From assembly GCF_009914755.1 (NCBI RefSeq), contig NC_060929.1: 64,000 nt of DNA. The stretch is one strand, 5' to 3'. The DNA is from the human T2T-CHM13v2.0 reference genome, Homo sapiens. Positions 1 to 12,719 of the stretch are shown here, one piece after another. The notes under the pieces were generated by a model. It was not told the DNA's origin, did no database searches, and saw only the letters and a list, made by a program, of their open reading frames with translations. A program made the position numbers and the translations under genes. Every line of letters begins with the position of its first letter. Position 1 is the stretch's first letter.

Positions 1-100
1 CAGCAACGCGGAAAGTACCTGCTCCATTAGGCTCAGCCTGGCTCTTCTCCCAGAAAAGCAGACTGGATGAAGGCACTGGGCCAGCTTAATGAAACCCAGC

Positions 101-1194
101 AGCAGTCCACGTATTCTTTTTTTTTTTTTCATTTATTTATTTTATTAAAAAGCTAAAATATATATTTAAAAATAACTTTAAAACTATTGAAAGCACCTGT
201 GCAAAGGTGGGGGAAAGTCAATTTGAGTAACTAGGAAAGCCACAAAAGGACCCACTGCCCTGTGTATTTTTGTAATTTTTGCTCCTATCTCTGCAAGTAA
301 TAACTCAAACATTGCAATCACATGCAACTAAGGTAAAATGAGGTAAACTGCTCTGCAGTGAGTTCTTCTACTCAGAAGGCAGTAGGTGAGCATGCTGGAA
401 GTCACATGATCAAGGCTGCATCTCCCATCATCCCTCTGGGCAGTGATATGGGATAGTGGGTCTCTTTGAGGACTTCCAAGCCTGAGAGGGGGATGGACAA
501 CATATGATTCATTGCTGGCTTGGGTCCATGTCTGTGGTCAACTTCACATAATTGGATGGGAAGAGCCCCACTTGTCCATTGACTTCTCCTTTCCACCAGT
601 CGGGGTCCTCCTTGTTGAGGATGTTGATGATCTGGCCCTTGTTGAAGGCCAGCTCATCATCATTCTGCGCGGTGTAGTCGTACATCCCAATCACCTGGCA
701 CACTGCCGCTAATGCTGTTGACTTAGGTGGCTCTGTTGGAGTGATTTTGCTCGTCCCAGGGCTTAGAAGCTTTACATAATTAGCTGGGAACCAGCCTATC
801 TGGCGCTTTTTCCCACGTGCTTGCAGCTCTCCTTCCCACCATCCACCTGGGTTCTTTTTTCAGATCAAAATCAGCTGACCAGGGGCGAGAGTGAGCTGCT
901 CGGGGCCCGTGGCGGTGTATGAGGAAATAACCTGGGCAATTTCAGGTTTTTTTCCTAAACTCCCTGATTTCCCCAGCAGTTCCAGAGCCCTCTGAATCTT
1001 TAAGCCTCACATAGTTAGAAGGGAAGACTCCGGCCTTGTCGCCCACTGTTCCTGTCCACCGGTCACCATCTTCTTGGTAACCAAAATCACATCTCCTTGC
1101 TGAAAGGTTAAATCTCCTTGCTCAGAACTCTGGTAAGTGTACATGGCAATAAATTCTTCTCCCGAAACGACTGGCTTAGCAGTCCACGTATTCT
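101..1194. repeat. Target-site duplication of the ITSN1 retrocopy (101-117 and 1178-1194)
   Basis: AGCAGTCCACGTATTCT is identical at both ends. Confidence 0.95.
118..1177 (-). pseudogene. ITSN1: Processed pseudogene of intersectin-1 short isoform (SH3C-SH3D-SH3E + 3'UTR), 5'-truncated; the symbol given is the parent gene
   Basis: The minus strand reads without introns as [28 protein letters not shown]...KKPEIAQVI...[24 protein letters not shown]...[12 protein letters not shown], the ITSN1-S C-terminus. A ~380-nt UTR, AATAAA and poly(A) follow (T run 117-129). Lesions versus the recalled parent: -1 at ~1071, +1 at ~970, R->TGA stop at 860-862. 17-bp TSD. Confidence 0.95.
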
Positions 1195-1566
1195 AGGCTG
1201 TGTGAGAAGGGGGCTTCAGGGGCAGAGACGGGGTTCCACCCCTGGCTACACAGTTTCTCCAGCCTTGGATGCATACTCTCTGTGTGACTCTGACAGTGTT
1301 TGTTACGTCCTAGAGAAGAGCAAACTTCTGAATTCGCTGCACACCCTGCCTGGGCCAGTCCTGGACAGAACGATGCTGGGGGCCACTCTGAGCACAGACT
1401 CTGTGCCCATCACCTTGACTGACAGTCCTCAGGGGTTCTCCATCTCTTCTCTGCCTCCTACCCCCCCACCGATCAGGAACAGTTCCCCAACCTCCCCCAC
1501 CCCCCAGCAATTCTTGATGGAAGGTAGATCAGCATAATACAGCCTGCAGTGGGGTGTGTTTTAAAG

Positions 1567-1912
1567 CAGGGGCCCCAACCCCCGGGCTAAGGCCTGGTGC
1601 TGGCCAAGGCCACACAGCAGGAGGTGAGTGGTGGGTGGGCGAGCGTTACCGCCTGGGCTCTGCCTCCTGTCAGATCAGCAGTGGCATTAGACTCTCATGG
1701 CAGCTTGAACCCTATTGTGAACTGCGCATGCGAGGGATCTAGGTCTCGCACTCCTTATGAGAATCTAGTACCTGCCTGATGATCTGAGGGGGAACAGTTT
1801 CATTCTGAAACCATCTGCTGCCCCCTCTCCGGCCACCCATCCGACCCCAGTCATTGGAAAAATTGTCTTTCACAAAACCAGTTCCTGGTGCTGAAAAGGT
1901 TGGGGACTGCTG
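1567..1912 (+). mobile_element. MER1B (hAT-Charlie non-autonomous DNA transposon)
   Basis: TIRs CAGGGGCCCCAACC / GGTTGGGGACTGCTG, ~345 bp, MER1-type core (tcagatcagcagtggcattaga, gaaccctattgtgaactgcgcatgcgagggatct). Confidence 0.85.
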
Positions 1913-2889
1913 TTTAAAATCCTTCTGAATTCTCACACCTTCCATTATAGGTCTTCCTCCAGGAGAATCAGACCACAGCTCTTTGCCCCAGGCCCTGTGT
2001 GAGCCCCGGCTCTGGTGCGTGGCCTTCTAGCAGGTGAAGAGATGCACTCGCTCCTTGTCCCTAGGGCCATGCTGTCATCATGGTCTGGAAGACCCCGTGG
2101 TGTCCTCAGTACCAGCAACAGCGTCCCAGACCATCTGGGCCCAAATCTTTCCAATCCTGGTAAGAATAGTCGGGGACCCCCAGGAGAAGCCCCCCGCTTC
2201 TCTCAGAGCCTAGAGTGAGGTGTGGCGAAGAGGCCTGGTCTGGGGCCCTCTGAGAGGAGGGGACCCCTCTGGGGTGGATGGTGTCCCAAATCTGCTCTCC
2301 CACCATCCAGCCACTTGGAACTAGGAGAAAAGCTAGGGCGACAGGAAACGTGGGCCTTCTGTGAAACAATGGAGCCTCTCCTCTCGGCCCCTTCACCCTG
2401 CAGGTGGCACCCAACTGCAGCCCATGCTGGCATCCTCAGGGCTAGAGCTCCAGCAAGCATGGCCTGCTGCTGCCTCTACAGACTGCAGAACACAGCCAAT
2501 AGATGATTTCATTATGTCCAGGTTCTTTTCTCATCTCCAAGCGAGGAAAAATCATGCCGCTTTTGTAAAGAAATTATGGACACATGGGAAGCTTCAGAAA
2601 ATCAGGGCTGAGAAAGGCATGTGACAACATGCTCAGACACGGCCCACTGCCCCTGTATTTCTGACCAATGAAACAGTATGCAAGGGGGTCTTATTTGAGA
2701 CTCCCTGCCCAGGCCGAGCACAGAGAGTGGCATGCTCCTGACCCTCGGGCAGCAACTGCTCCCCCAAGAGAAGGGCCTTGGCCAGAGGCAGCTGCATAAA
2801 GAAATGGGGCTGAGGTGGCTATGGAGCCATTCGATGCCTGTGTCTACATCTGTTTCCCAAAAAGGTTATGGGTGCACTAGGCACCCAGA

Positions 2890-3515
2890 CTGTGAGGTTT
2901 CAGGAAATAGTTTCCAAGTCTGCCCTCACTTCTGACAGCAGCTGCAAGCTTGGAGGGTTCCCCAAGCTACCTCCCGCATTAAGAGTTTGCTAACAGGATT
3001 CACAGAACTCAGTGAAAGCTATTATACTCATTGAATACAGGGCAAGGGCACTGACAGAAATGAGCCAAAGGCAGAGAAGCATGGGGCGTCAGGGAGGGTC
3101 TGAAATGTGAAACTTCCCACTGTCCTAAGGATGTGTCACCCTCCTGAGATTGATGTGTGACAAATGCATGGAGAATTGTCAACCAAGGAAGCTTGCCAGA
3201 GCTTCAGTGTGCAGAATTTGTATTGGGGCCTCACTATATAAGCATGAAAGAATGATTGATTGATCACATGTGTAATTGAAATCAGGCACCAAGGCCACTG
3301 ATATTGTGTAACTCAAAGCCACCATTGTTGGTCTTTCCTGCATGGCCAGCTCTTATCCTGAGACTGTCAGATGTGGCTGGCTCTATGCTAAGGTTCCATG
3401 TGGCCAGCCTTTGCCACCAACAAAGACACTCCTATCAGGTATGCCATCAGTCACCTCCTAGAGCTGAGGGAAATGGCCAGAACCCCTCTGTGGGCAAGGC
3501 CACATTTTTTCCTAT
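2890..3515 (-). mobile_element. MER21-like LTR
   Basis: ctgccctcacttctgaca..ctgcaag and cacagaactcagtgaaagctattatactcat match recalled MER21; strand and ends approximate. Confidence 0.65.
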
Positions 3516-3967
3516 GTACCTGGCTCTGGGCTGCACTGGTAACAAGTCCCATGAGGCCCACTGACATCCATGCAGACATACTTGATACTGGGTCTGATTG
3601 TATCCCAGGGTCATGCCGTGAGAACAGACACAGAGAAAATGGCAGAACCCGGCTTCCACAGCCAGTGATGCAGAGCTTACCAAACGAAGGTTAAAGAGGA
3701 GGTGAAGGATGAGTCAGTTACAACAGGCCCCACCCAAGGGGACAACTCCACCAACCCCCTGCTGGGCACCCATGCTCCCTCTGGGGCCTCAGCCTTGACT
3801 TTTAGTCTCTGTATGTTTTCTTCCCTCCTTTGCCCCACACATCCTTGGAGATCCTTTCTATTGTCCACAACTTGAATGCTGACTTAGCACAATTGAACCA
3901 GTAGTTGGCTAGGCGGGTTATATTCTGTTGCCCCAGTGTGCTCTGTCTTGAAAGTGGGTTCTACTCT

Positions 3968-4258
3968 ATTTTTTTGGAGACAGAGTCTGGCTCTGTTGCT
4001 CAGGCTGGAGTGCAGTGGTGGGGTTCTTGGCTCACTGCAGCCTCAACCTCCCAGGCTCAAGCGATCCTCCCATCTCAGCCACCCAAGTAGCTGGGACTAC
4101 AGGTGTGTGCTACCATGCCTGGTTAGTTTTTGCATTTTTTGTAGAGATGGGGTTTCATCATGTTTCCCAGGCTGCTCTTGAATGTCTGGGCTTGGCCGAT
4201 CCTCCCACCTTGGCCTCCCAAAGTGCTAGGATTACAGGTGTGAGCCACACGTCTGGTC
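3968..4258 (-). mobile_element. AluJ
   Basis: Antisense dimeric Alu with J-type caggctcaagcgatcctccc; heavily CpG-decayed. Confidence 0.92.
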
Positions 4259-4380
4259 GGCCTCTGCTGTTCTGAGCTCATGGTTTCACAGGGGAGCTAC
4301 TGAAAGGTATTGAAGAGTAATGTCTCTTCCTTTGTTCAAGGTTCTGGAAAACCCATTCTGGCTTGGCCATTGTGAGCATA

Positions 4381-5165
4381 TGTACCAGGTTAGGTTTACC
4401 TGCACATAACAGAAAACCCAGTAACCATCATTGTCACTGTCATTGTCATCATGATCATGATCATGATCATGGCCTATACTTATAAAAGTGCCTACCATAG
4501 TAGGACCCCAAGAGTTAGAGGAATAGTTAGGTCCTCTAATTGCAAGTCACGTAAACATGACATAACATAGAGACCATTTCATGCTCGTTTTACAGATGGG
4601 GAAATAGATACAGAGAGGTCAAGTAACCTATCCAAGTTCTTGATGCTAGTGAGTGAAGGTGCTGAGATATAATCCAGGGTGTTCAGCCTCAAAATCTCTA
4701 CTCCAAACTTTTCTGTTACAACCAAGAAAATAGTGGCTTAAATACTTAAGGGTTTGTGTCTCCATAAACAAAGTCCAGAGAGGCAGGCTGGGGCGATCAT
4801 GGTGGGGCCACTGTCACCAGGGACCCAGGCTCCTTCTGTTCAGTCATCCTTGGAAGGGGCTGGTATTCCCTCATTGCCTCATGATCTGAAGTAGCTGCTG
4901 GAGGACAAGCCATCACACCTGTTTTCCAGGCAGGAGGAAGAAGTGAGGGGGAAAAACAGGCAAATCTTCTGGATGAGTCAGCTCCCTTTAAGATACCATC
5001 CTTTTATATAGCCTATTAACCAGAACTCAGTCATGAGTCACACTTACTGCTAGGTTGGAAAATGGAGCAGTAGAACTGGGCCAATTGCTGGCGTGGATAT
5101 AACGCGGCTCCAGTCCAAAGACAGAGGGGAGAATGGACACTGGGAAGCAACTTGGCAGCAAAGCC
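4381..5165 (-). mobile_element. Old MaLR LTR (MLT1J/K-like), interrupted by a MIR
   Basis: gttaggtttacctgcacataacagaaaaccc at ~4390 resumes as agtggcttaaa...cagggacccaggctccttct at ~4730. Confidence 0.55.
4422..4720 (-). mobile_element. MIR with CAT-rich tail
   Basis: Core ttttacagatggggaaatagatacagagaggtcaagtaacctatccaag; tail tatacttataaaagtgcctaccat. Confidence 0.7.
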
Positions 5166-5656
5166 AAGAAAATCAGTTTCTTTATTGTGTTTTCTTTCCT
5201 GAAACGTCTCCTGGGGGGCAAGAGGGAAGAGGCCCCATCCTTTTCTCTGTCTGATTTTTGGAGCTCTTCATCATTCTAGACCTGCTTGCCCCATAGGACT
5301 TTCTCTTACAGTTCCCTGTTCCAGGGACCCTGAAGACCAGCCCTGCAATGTGTGCATAGGGGGTCCTATTTGGTGCTGAGAGAGACAGGGTCTAGAGCAT
5401 AGAGTTGGATTTCTGCACAGTGAAAGCAGGACTGAAGTCTGGTCTTTAAAGATTTCCTCCTTTTCATGATATGGCCCACTGTCATTGTCATTGTTATCAC
5501 TGACAATGATGACATCTCTTCAAGATTAATAGGTTTCAGACTTATAGTGTTACCATCCTGGGAACAGGACCTAGACACCTGTGAGGTTCCAATTATTGAC
5601 CTAAACGGTTGACAATTGGAGGACCTAGCTGTTCCTCTAACTCTTGGGGTCCTACT
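4499..5656. repeat. 44-bp dispersed inverted repeat (4499-4542 / 5613-5656)
   Basis: agtaggaccccaagagttagaggaatagttaggtcctctaattg versus the reverse complement of 5613-5656: 41/44 identical. Confidence 0.92.
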
Positions 5657-5734
5657 TTCACCTGAATGATGGATTGATTTGTTCCATCAATCAAATGTGT
5701 GAAAATGACAGTGGAGCTTCCTGCTCTTTAAAAG

Positions 5735-5916
5735 TTGGTGGTAGAAATCATAGCTGTCATATTGATCTTAGCTTTGCCACCTACTAGCTATATGATTTAA
5801 GTATGTTATTTTACCACACTAAGCCTCAGTTTCCTTACCTGTAAAACAGCAATGACGAAAATGTCTACCAGTAGGATATGTGAGCATCTAGCACATAGTA
5901 AGTGTCCAATAAATGT
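5735..5916 (+). mobile_element. MIR
   Basis: aagcctcagtttccttacctgtaaaa core; gcacatagtaagtgtccaataaatgt 3' end. Confidence 0.8.
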
Positions 5917-6423
5917 GAGGAGGAGGATGATAATGATGATCATGATGGTGGTGATAGTGGTGGTGGTGGTGATGGTTATGATCATGGTGGTGGTGGTGAT
6001 AGTGATGACAAATGATGGTGGTGGTAATGATGGTGATAATAGCAATGATGGTAATGATGGTGGTAATGATGGTGATAATGATGATGAAGGTGGTGATGGT
6101 GAGAGTGATGATAATGGTAATGATGATGGTGATGGTAATTATGGTGATGGTGATGATGGTAATGATGATGGTGATGATGGCAATGATGATGATGAGGGTG
6201 ATGATGGTGATGGTAGTTACGGTGATGGTGATGATGGTGATGATGGTGATGATGGTGATGATGGTGGTGATGGTGGTGATGATGGTGATGATGGTGATGA
6301 TGGTGATGAGGGTGATGATAATGGTAATTATGGTAATGGTAATGCAATGATGGCAATGATGGTGATGATGGTGCTGGTGATGATGGTGGTGATGATGGTG
6401 ATGGGGATCACGATGGTGGTGAT
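5917..6423. repeat. ~500-bp mixed (GAT/GGT/AAT)n trinucleotide tract
   Basis: Directly visible; it produces the poly-His, Met/Val and Asp/Gly ORF artefacts. Confidence 0.97.
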
Positions 6424-8059
6424 TTAGGACCAGAATCTCCTTCAGTGGGAAATCTGTCTACTTCAAGACTTTTGTGATTAATGAAAGAAAAAGTATAACT
6501 CTGGCTAAATTTATATGGGTTAAACAAAGCATTAATTAATTAATAAATGCCCATTTGTCATTGTCTTATGTTCAGGTTAGTTAATTGTCCTTGAAGAAAA
6601 TGCTGGTTTAGTGATCTAATGCTCTTTCTTAGACACTGCAATAGTGTTGCCCCTGAAAAGTAATAATCTTTTGGTTTTGTTATTGTTTCCTAGGATAACT
6701 TTCTTTGGGATCCTTTTGATATACTAAGAGCATCTGTGAGGATAGCCGAATAACTATTAGGCTGAAAAAAAATAGTATTAAGGCAGCGAAAATACTTTAG
6801 CTGTGAAACTAAACAATACATATATGAAGTCCTTAGCATCATTTAGGGCTGTTAAATATATGTGATGTGACATTACAAAGCAATTTGAGATGATTTCCTT
6901 AGTATGCATGATGGAAATGATTCATAATTACCCCAAATACCGTTTCTTAGGTATTGTTTTTATGCATGTATTAATTATGGCTGTGGTTGTTTTTGTTTAG
7001 AGATGCTTTGTACTCCAGTTTGTCTTCTTAGGCACAGCCTTGCCTGTGATGGGGCAAGTCTCAGGATGTGGGTTTCTTGCATTGGCCACTGGTCCCACTG
7101 GGTGAGGATGGAGGTGTCATTGGTATAGAAGGTAGGGAATTTGTGATGAAACTTGCATCTTTTGAAAAGTTTTGTTTTGTACAGTGCTCTGAAATTTGTC
7201 TTTTATATATGCGTGACGCAATCTAGTTGCACATGTTGCAGCTAAAAGCGGAACCAACTAATTGAACATTTTCAGAGTCTGACGGAAATGGTGGGTGCCA
7301 GCATTCCTAGTCTATCATCCAGTTAGTTTGGAGGCTTGGGTAAGTGCCAGGTACGGTAAGAAATGACCACTTTCTCCCAGAACTCACATCTAGCCTTCAC
7401 TCCTGTAATAGAAACAGGGATTTGTTGAGCGGCTGCGATAGGTAGGAATTCTGCTAGCAGACAGGGACACAGGACAAGGGCAAAGTCCCTGCCCTGAAGG
7501 AGATCTTTACCTACATGAGTTTCTTTTCATGCTGCTTTTCTGCAGACACACACATTTTCCTCTCAGCTATTTATCCCTTTGCCATGCACACTGATATCTG
7601 GGAGGTTAATCAACTTGAGGGACACATGGTTCATTTTGGAAAGCAGCTGCAATTCTTTGCAAAGAGGTTTCTAGACCTGTTTTTGAGAATATTTAAATCG
7701 CTGAGCCAAAAGCCAGTGTGACTGTCCTTCCTGCCCTAGGTGAGTGTGCTGGGAAGCCACCGAGGACATTGATCTTGGCTCTTCTTTGTATCAGTGATTG
7801 AGAAAACAAACACTATGCTGGAGAGCCACTGAACGCTCTCCCTGAAGGCAAAGATTTGCTTTATCTAAAATTTTCCATTGCGTCCAGGAGCAAATCTGCA
7901 TCACAGCAATTTACTATTTTCTGCTCCAGGAACTGGAAAACACAAGCTTGAGCTACGTTAGCTGCTTCCACGAAACGTGCTGTCATCACTGAAACACATG
8001 TATTTTTTTTTTCAGGATTCCAGGTTGAGGGAAATTTGCTTTTGATTGTTTAATTGCAT

Positions 8060-8167
8060 TATTATAGATTTTTAGTGGCATCTCTGGCCTCCATCTACTA
8101 GCAACCTCCAGACAGTGTCAAATGTTCCCTGGGGGGGGCAACATCACCCCCAGGTGAAAATCATTGC
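8060..8167. mobile_element. MER20 fragment
   Basis: catctctggcctc...ctccagacagtgtcaaatgttccctggggggggcaa..tcacccc..gtgaaaatcattg. Confidence 0.7.
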
Positions 8168-8694
8168 CCTAGAAATAATGAAGATCATTATTAGTCCTCT
8201 AAGCACATTCCATGTTCTCAGTACATCCCTATTTAAAGACTAACACAAGTGGGTTTCTGGTGACTTGCACAGGAAACTGAGTCCTTATGCTACAAAATGT
8301 TGGAGTCTTTCTTTTAAGTGACCCTTGGCAGTGCAGAATGCTGATGTCAAAATATAATCAAAAGCTCATTCCGGGCTTCTGGGTAGAGTTCCAAATCCTC
8401 CAGATTATATTAGTTCATTATAGCAGACCATGCTGGGGCTTTTCCAGTTGACAAATTAGATTTTTTTGAAAGCATGGCAGTTGGATTTATGAAAATATTT
8501 AGGATTAAAGGGGAGGATGAGGGAAACTAATTTTCTCTTGTCATGAATGCCCTTAATTGAATTTTAGAAACTGTTTGAAAGAGCAAGGTGAATGCTAGAC
8601 AGAAGGTTGTAAAGATGTGCAGATAGGTCGAAGTAAAAACACATCCGAGATGCTTTAAGGACCCAGAGAAAAATCAGCCGCAATGAACACTTAC

Positions 8695-9149
8695 TTTAGC
8701 TAATTTTATGTGTCAACTCGGCTGGGTCATGATGCCCAGATATGTGGTTAAACATTATCCTACATGTTTCTATAAGGATGTTTTGGGATGAGATTAACAT
8801 TTAAATCAGTAGACTTTCTGAGTCAAGCGGACTGTCCTCCATTATGTGGGTGGGCCACATCCAATCAGTTGAAGGCTTGAATAGAACAGAAGATTGACCT
8901 TCCCTGAGCAAGAGGGATTCTGCCAGCAGACAGCTTTCGGACTTGAACAGCAGCACCAGCTCTTCCTGGGCCTCCAGCTTCCTGCCATCCCTGCAGATAT
9001 GGGATTTGCTAGGCTCCATACTCTCATGAGCCAATTCCTTAAAATAAGTCTCTTCCTATATGTGTAGCATGTGTGTGTACACACGGATAAACATGTACAC
9101 ACACACACACACACACACCCTACTGGTTCTGGAGGACCTGGCGAATACA
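8695..9149 (+). mobile_element. MLT2 (B/D-type) ERVL solo LTR with internal (CA)n
   Basis: taattttatgtgtcaact...gagattaacattt...catccaatcagttgaaggc...aataca terminus. Confidence 0.85.
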
Positions 9150-11699
9150 ACTGTGATGAGGATGTCTCAAGTTCGCAAAGCCTCATGGTTCGCCACCACC
9201 ACCAACTCCCTCCCTCCCTCCCCATTCTTCAGGCGCATATGGCTGCCGGCGCCTCCTGGGAGGGTTACAAAATGCCTATTTTTTTGTTTTGTTTTGTTTT
9301 GTTTTTGTTTTTATACTGCAGAGGTCAGCAGGATGCCAAGTCTTAGGGAAAAAGTTTACTTTCGAATTTGTAAAAAGCAGCATTTAACCAGCACAGCAGC
9401 TGTGAAGACAAGAAAAGCTGCAGAACAGCAGAATAGCATGGGCTGCCGAGGCAGAGGCAGATGCTTTAACAATAACCAATGAATGACAAACCCACTGGGT
9501 CTGGCCCTATCTCCCCATGGCTCTGCTCTCTCGCCCCCAATCCCTGCCCTTTCTCAGGCTGCCTGCGTGGCGCTCATCCAGGCCTGGGTGTGCCCTCTGC
9601 TTGGCTGGTGGTCATTCCACGGTCTCCTTGACCAGGTTCCTGTCCAAGCCATGGGCACATCACACCCTGTAGCTTCACTTCCTGATACACACACGGGGGT
9701 TCACCTGGTGCCCAAACCTAGTAAGTGGCAGGAGGCACCTGAACCTGAGCCCTGCCTGAGCTTCCGGGTTCTGCGGTCCAGGCACTGGCTCCATCAGGGG
9801 CCGGTTCTAGTTTGAAGAACTGGAGCTAAGGAGGTTCTTTGAAATGGTGTCGAGGTGGCAGAACTCCAGGACACATTTGAATAGGGTCCCTGTTCTCCTT
9901 CCTCCCTGGACCCAGAAAGGAAATGTCCCAGGGATTCTCTCCCTCCAGGAGGGGTCTGCGGAGAGAGGGGGTGGCCCCAGGGACCTAGCCTCTGGGTCAG
10001 GGCGGAGCAACAGGGATGTCCCAGGGGCACATTGCAGGCGCAGGGAGGGGCTGCTTGCTTCTCGGGTGGTCGCAGGGGAGAGCTCAGGGCTTGTGGTCCA
10101 TGGGGCAGCAGATGAATGAGTCAGGGGCACTGGAAAACGATGTGCTCCTCTTGGTAACCCCTCCAGTCTTGGATCATTCCAGTAACACTTGTAAACGTTA
10201 TGAAGAAATTTATCAGCGAAAACATTCAAGGCGCTGTGCTTTGTGCTGGGGCCACCTGAGTCCAGAGACTGCGGTGGATGGCATGCGGGAACCAGAGGCA
10301 CGCACGCGCCGCTGACCTCTGGGTGACAGGTAGCCCCTGGAGGGTCCTTAGGGCCCAGCACCCTCCTGCCCATCCCTGCTCCGCCAACACTCACCTGGGC
10401 CCCTGGCCTCCTCTCCATCTCCTCATTGTTTCTGAACACAGTCTTGATTGGCATTGATCCAACCATCCCTTTCTGGAATCTTCTTGCCAACTGCAAATCT
10501 CTGTACCCCTCTAGCACCCTTTGTCCATACTGGGACCCCTGTCCTCATGATCCCAGTCACGCCTCTCATTTACTGAGCATCTGTATTAACCATGAGGTTA
10601 GCGTGTATGACTTCTTTTCATGCTCACAAAACTGAGAATGCAGAGGTGCAATTGGGTAGGTGGAGACTGGGGTCCAGAGACGCTGATGGAGGAGCCTCTT
10701 GCTCCAGCAGGGCTGAAGTTTGAGCCTGGGCAGGGGTGACTCTAGAGCCTGTGCTTGCCCCGGTGCAGTGCCATCCCCCCTCTCCCTTCCTCAAGCCTGC
10801 CATTCACCATCTGGCCTTTACCACACATAGGTGCTCATGACCCTGTCTTCCCCGGCTCTGCACAGCAGAGGACAGCTTGTCCCCCACACTGTGTCCCTAA
10901 TCCAGGGGCAGCAGCTAAGCAGAGCTTCTTGCTCCCTGTGGGGGTTTTTAGGTCACCATTTGTCCTCCTTACAGGTCTCCTTTCTCCGTGTTTTATGCCT
11001 TCTGTTTAAGCTCAGCCTTTCCCGGTCCTTACTGCTATCATCTAATCACCCCTGGGATGTGCTGCTTCCCTGAGGATTTCAGTATCAGTTTCATAGTCTC
11101 TGGGGTCTCAGCATCCACACTGACCCTTCCAGGTTTTCTCTTTTCCTCGACTTTCCTCAAATGGCTCCTTGCCATCCTGCTGACTAGCTCCCCTGAGTTT
11201 CTCTGACTGACAGTCTCTCTTGCCTCCTTCAGACCCCCGAGCTGCCCTTTCCATGATATCTGTCCCTTCTGGGCTAGCAGGTGATAACGTTTGTTTGGTA
11301 ATTGAACATAAGCCTTTACGGTGACACTGCCTGTGTGCAAGTCCCAAGTCTTCCAAGCCTCAGTTTCCTCATCTTGTAAATGGGTATGACAATATGGGGA
11401 TCCATCTCCTGGAGCAGATGGTGCGCGTCTATGGCTCAGACAGTAACGCACGCCTGCACAGAAGGAGCACCTGGTGTGAGTCAGCCATCCCTGTCCCCTG
11501 GGCTGGGTCCCGGGCTCAGTGATTCTGGGCACTGTGGGAAGCGCTCTTGATCCTTCGGCCCATGGCCATGCTCTGGCCCCATGTTAATCCCCACGCTTCA
11601 CTGCAGGCAGCCTCTACCTCTTCCAAACTCCCCCGGTCATGGCTAGAGAAAGTCCTAAGACTGGATTCATCACTTCCACTACAGATCCACTCTCCTGTC

Positions 11700-12700
11700 T
11701 CAGCTCCGTCTTTCCAGGCTCAGTAATCTTTCGAATCATCCGTTAGTGGCCTTGCATCTCAAACAACCTGATCTTCTCAGCGCCCTATTCTGCAGAAGCT
11801 TTCTCATAGGTTTGTTGAGAAGGCTGGCTGTACATCTGCGGTGGGTGCTCTCTGCTGTCCTCTTCCCAACCTCAGTGTGACTTTCCTGCGTCCACATTGA
11901 CTTCTGTCCCTCTCGCCTCCCCTCAAGGGTGATCTTCCTGCTCTGGCTCATGAACTCACCCTCTGTGGGGCCCCGGGACCTCTGCTGTCAATGAACATCA
12001 TGCAGTTGTTCTCTTTCTTATGCCTTAAATCACTCTGGGGCCTTTCCCCACAACCATGTCCAAGTCTCCCTGTAGCTCAGGCTAAAAACAACTTTTCTTC
12101 TTCAAACCTCCCCTCCCCTCCAGTGAAGGTCTTACCTATAGCTTCCCATTATAGGCAAACTTTTCCATTCCTAATTTTGCGAAATCTGGCTTCCATCTCT
12201 CCACTTACCAGAAGCCCCTGCTCTAGGGTCACAGGGTGATGGAATGCAGTCACCTGTCTGCAGCTCCCTGTGTCCCATCTGCCAGACCCCCTGGCACTCA
12301 TGACCTTGTGTGTGCTGGTGTGCCTCTCCAACCTTCCCTCACCTGGCACCTCTGCACTCATGCCTTCAGTGTGTCTCCATGGCCTCTCCGTCACTGAGTC
12401 CCTGCCTTTATCAGCATCTCCAAGCAGATGGATCCCAGATGTCTCTCCAGCCCTGGCATCCCTCCAAGCAGTGGTCTCACCTTGTCAAAGCCCTGCACAG
12501 TAGCTCTGCTTGGAGGCCACGTGGGCACACTGGAGTCTGCCCAGAATGGTCTCTTGCTTCCCATGTTAATTCCTCCTCCATTCACGCTGGCTTTTCTTAA
12601 CACCTTCGCCAACATCCTGGCCATCCAGTCTTGAAACCGCAGCATGCTCTTGACCCCCTTGCCCTTCGCATCAAACCACATTCTGTGTTTTCTGTTATTT
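11700..12700. mobile_element. Highly diverged LINE2-like segment
   Basis: Pyrimidine-rich sequence with L2-like words (aatctggcttccatctctccac, tgctctagggtcac); weak. Confidence 0.35.
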
Positions 12701-12719
12701 AGTCCCTAGACCATGGCAG

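Noticed and set aside
509-703. Intact SH3 ORF as a functional gene or a true ITSN1 exon
   Set aside because: Part of an intronless retrocopy with upstream stop and frameshifts, poly(A) and TSD; no promoter evident.
5806-6427. Poly-His, Met/Val and Asp/Gly ORFs
   Set aside because: Translations of a trinucleotide repeat.
9807-10517. 236-aa ORF
   Set aside because: GC-rich chance ORF with no family resemblance.
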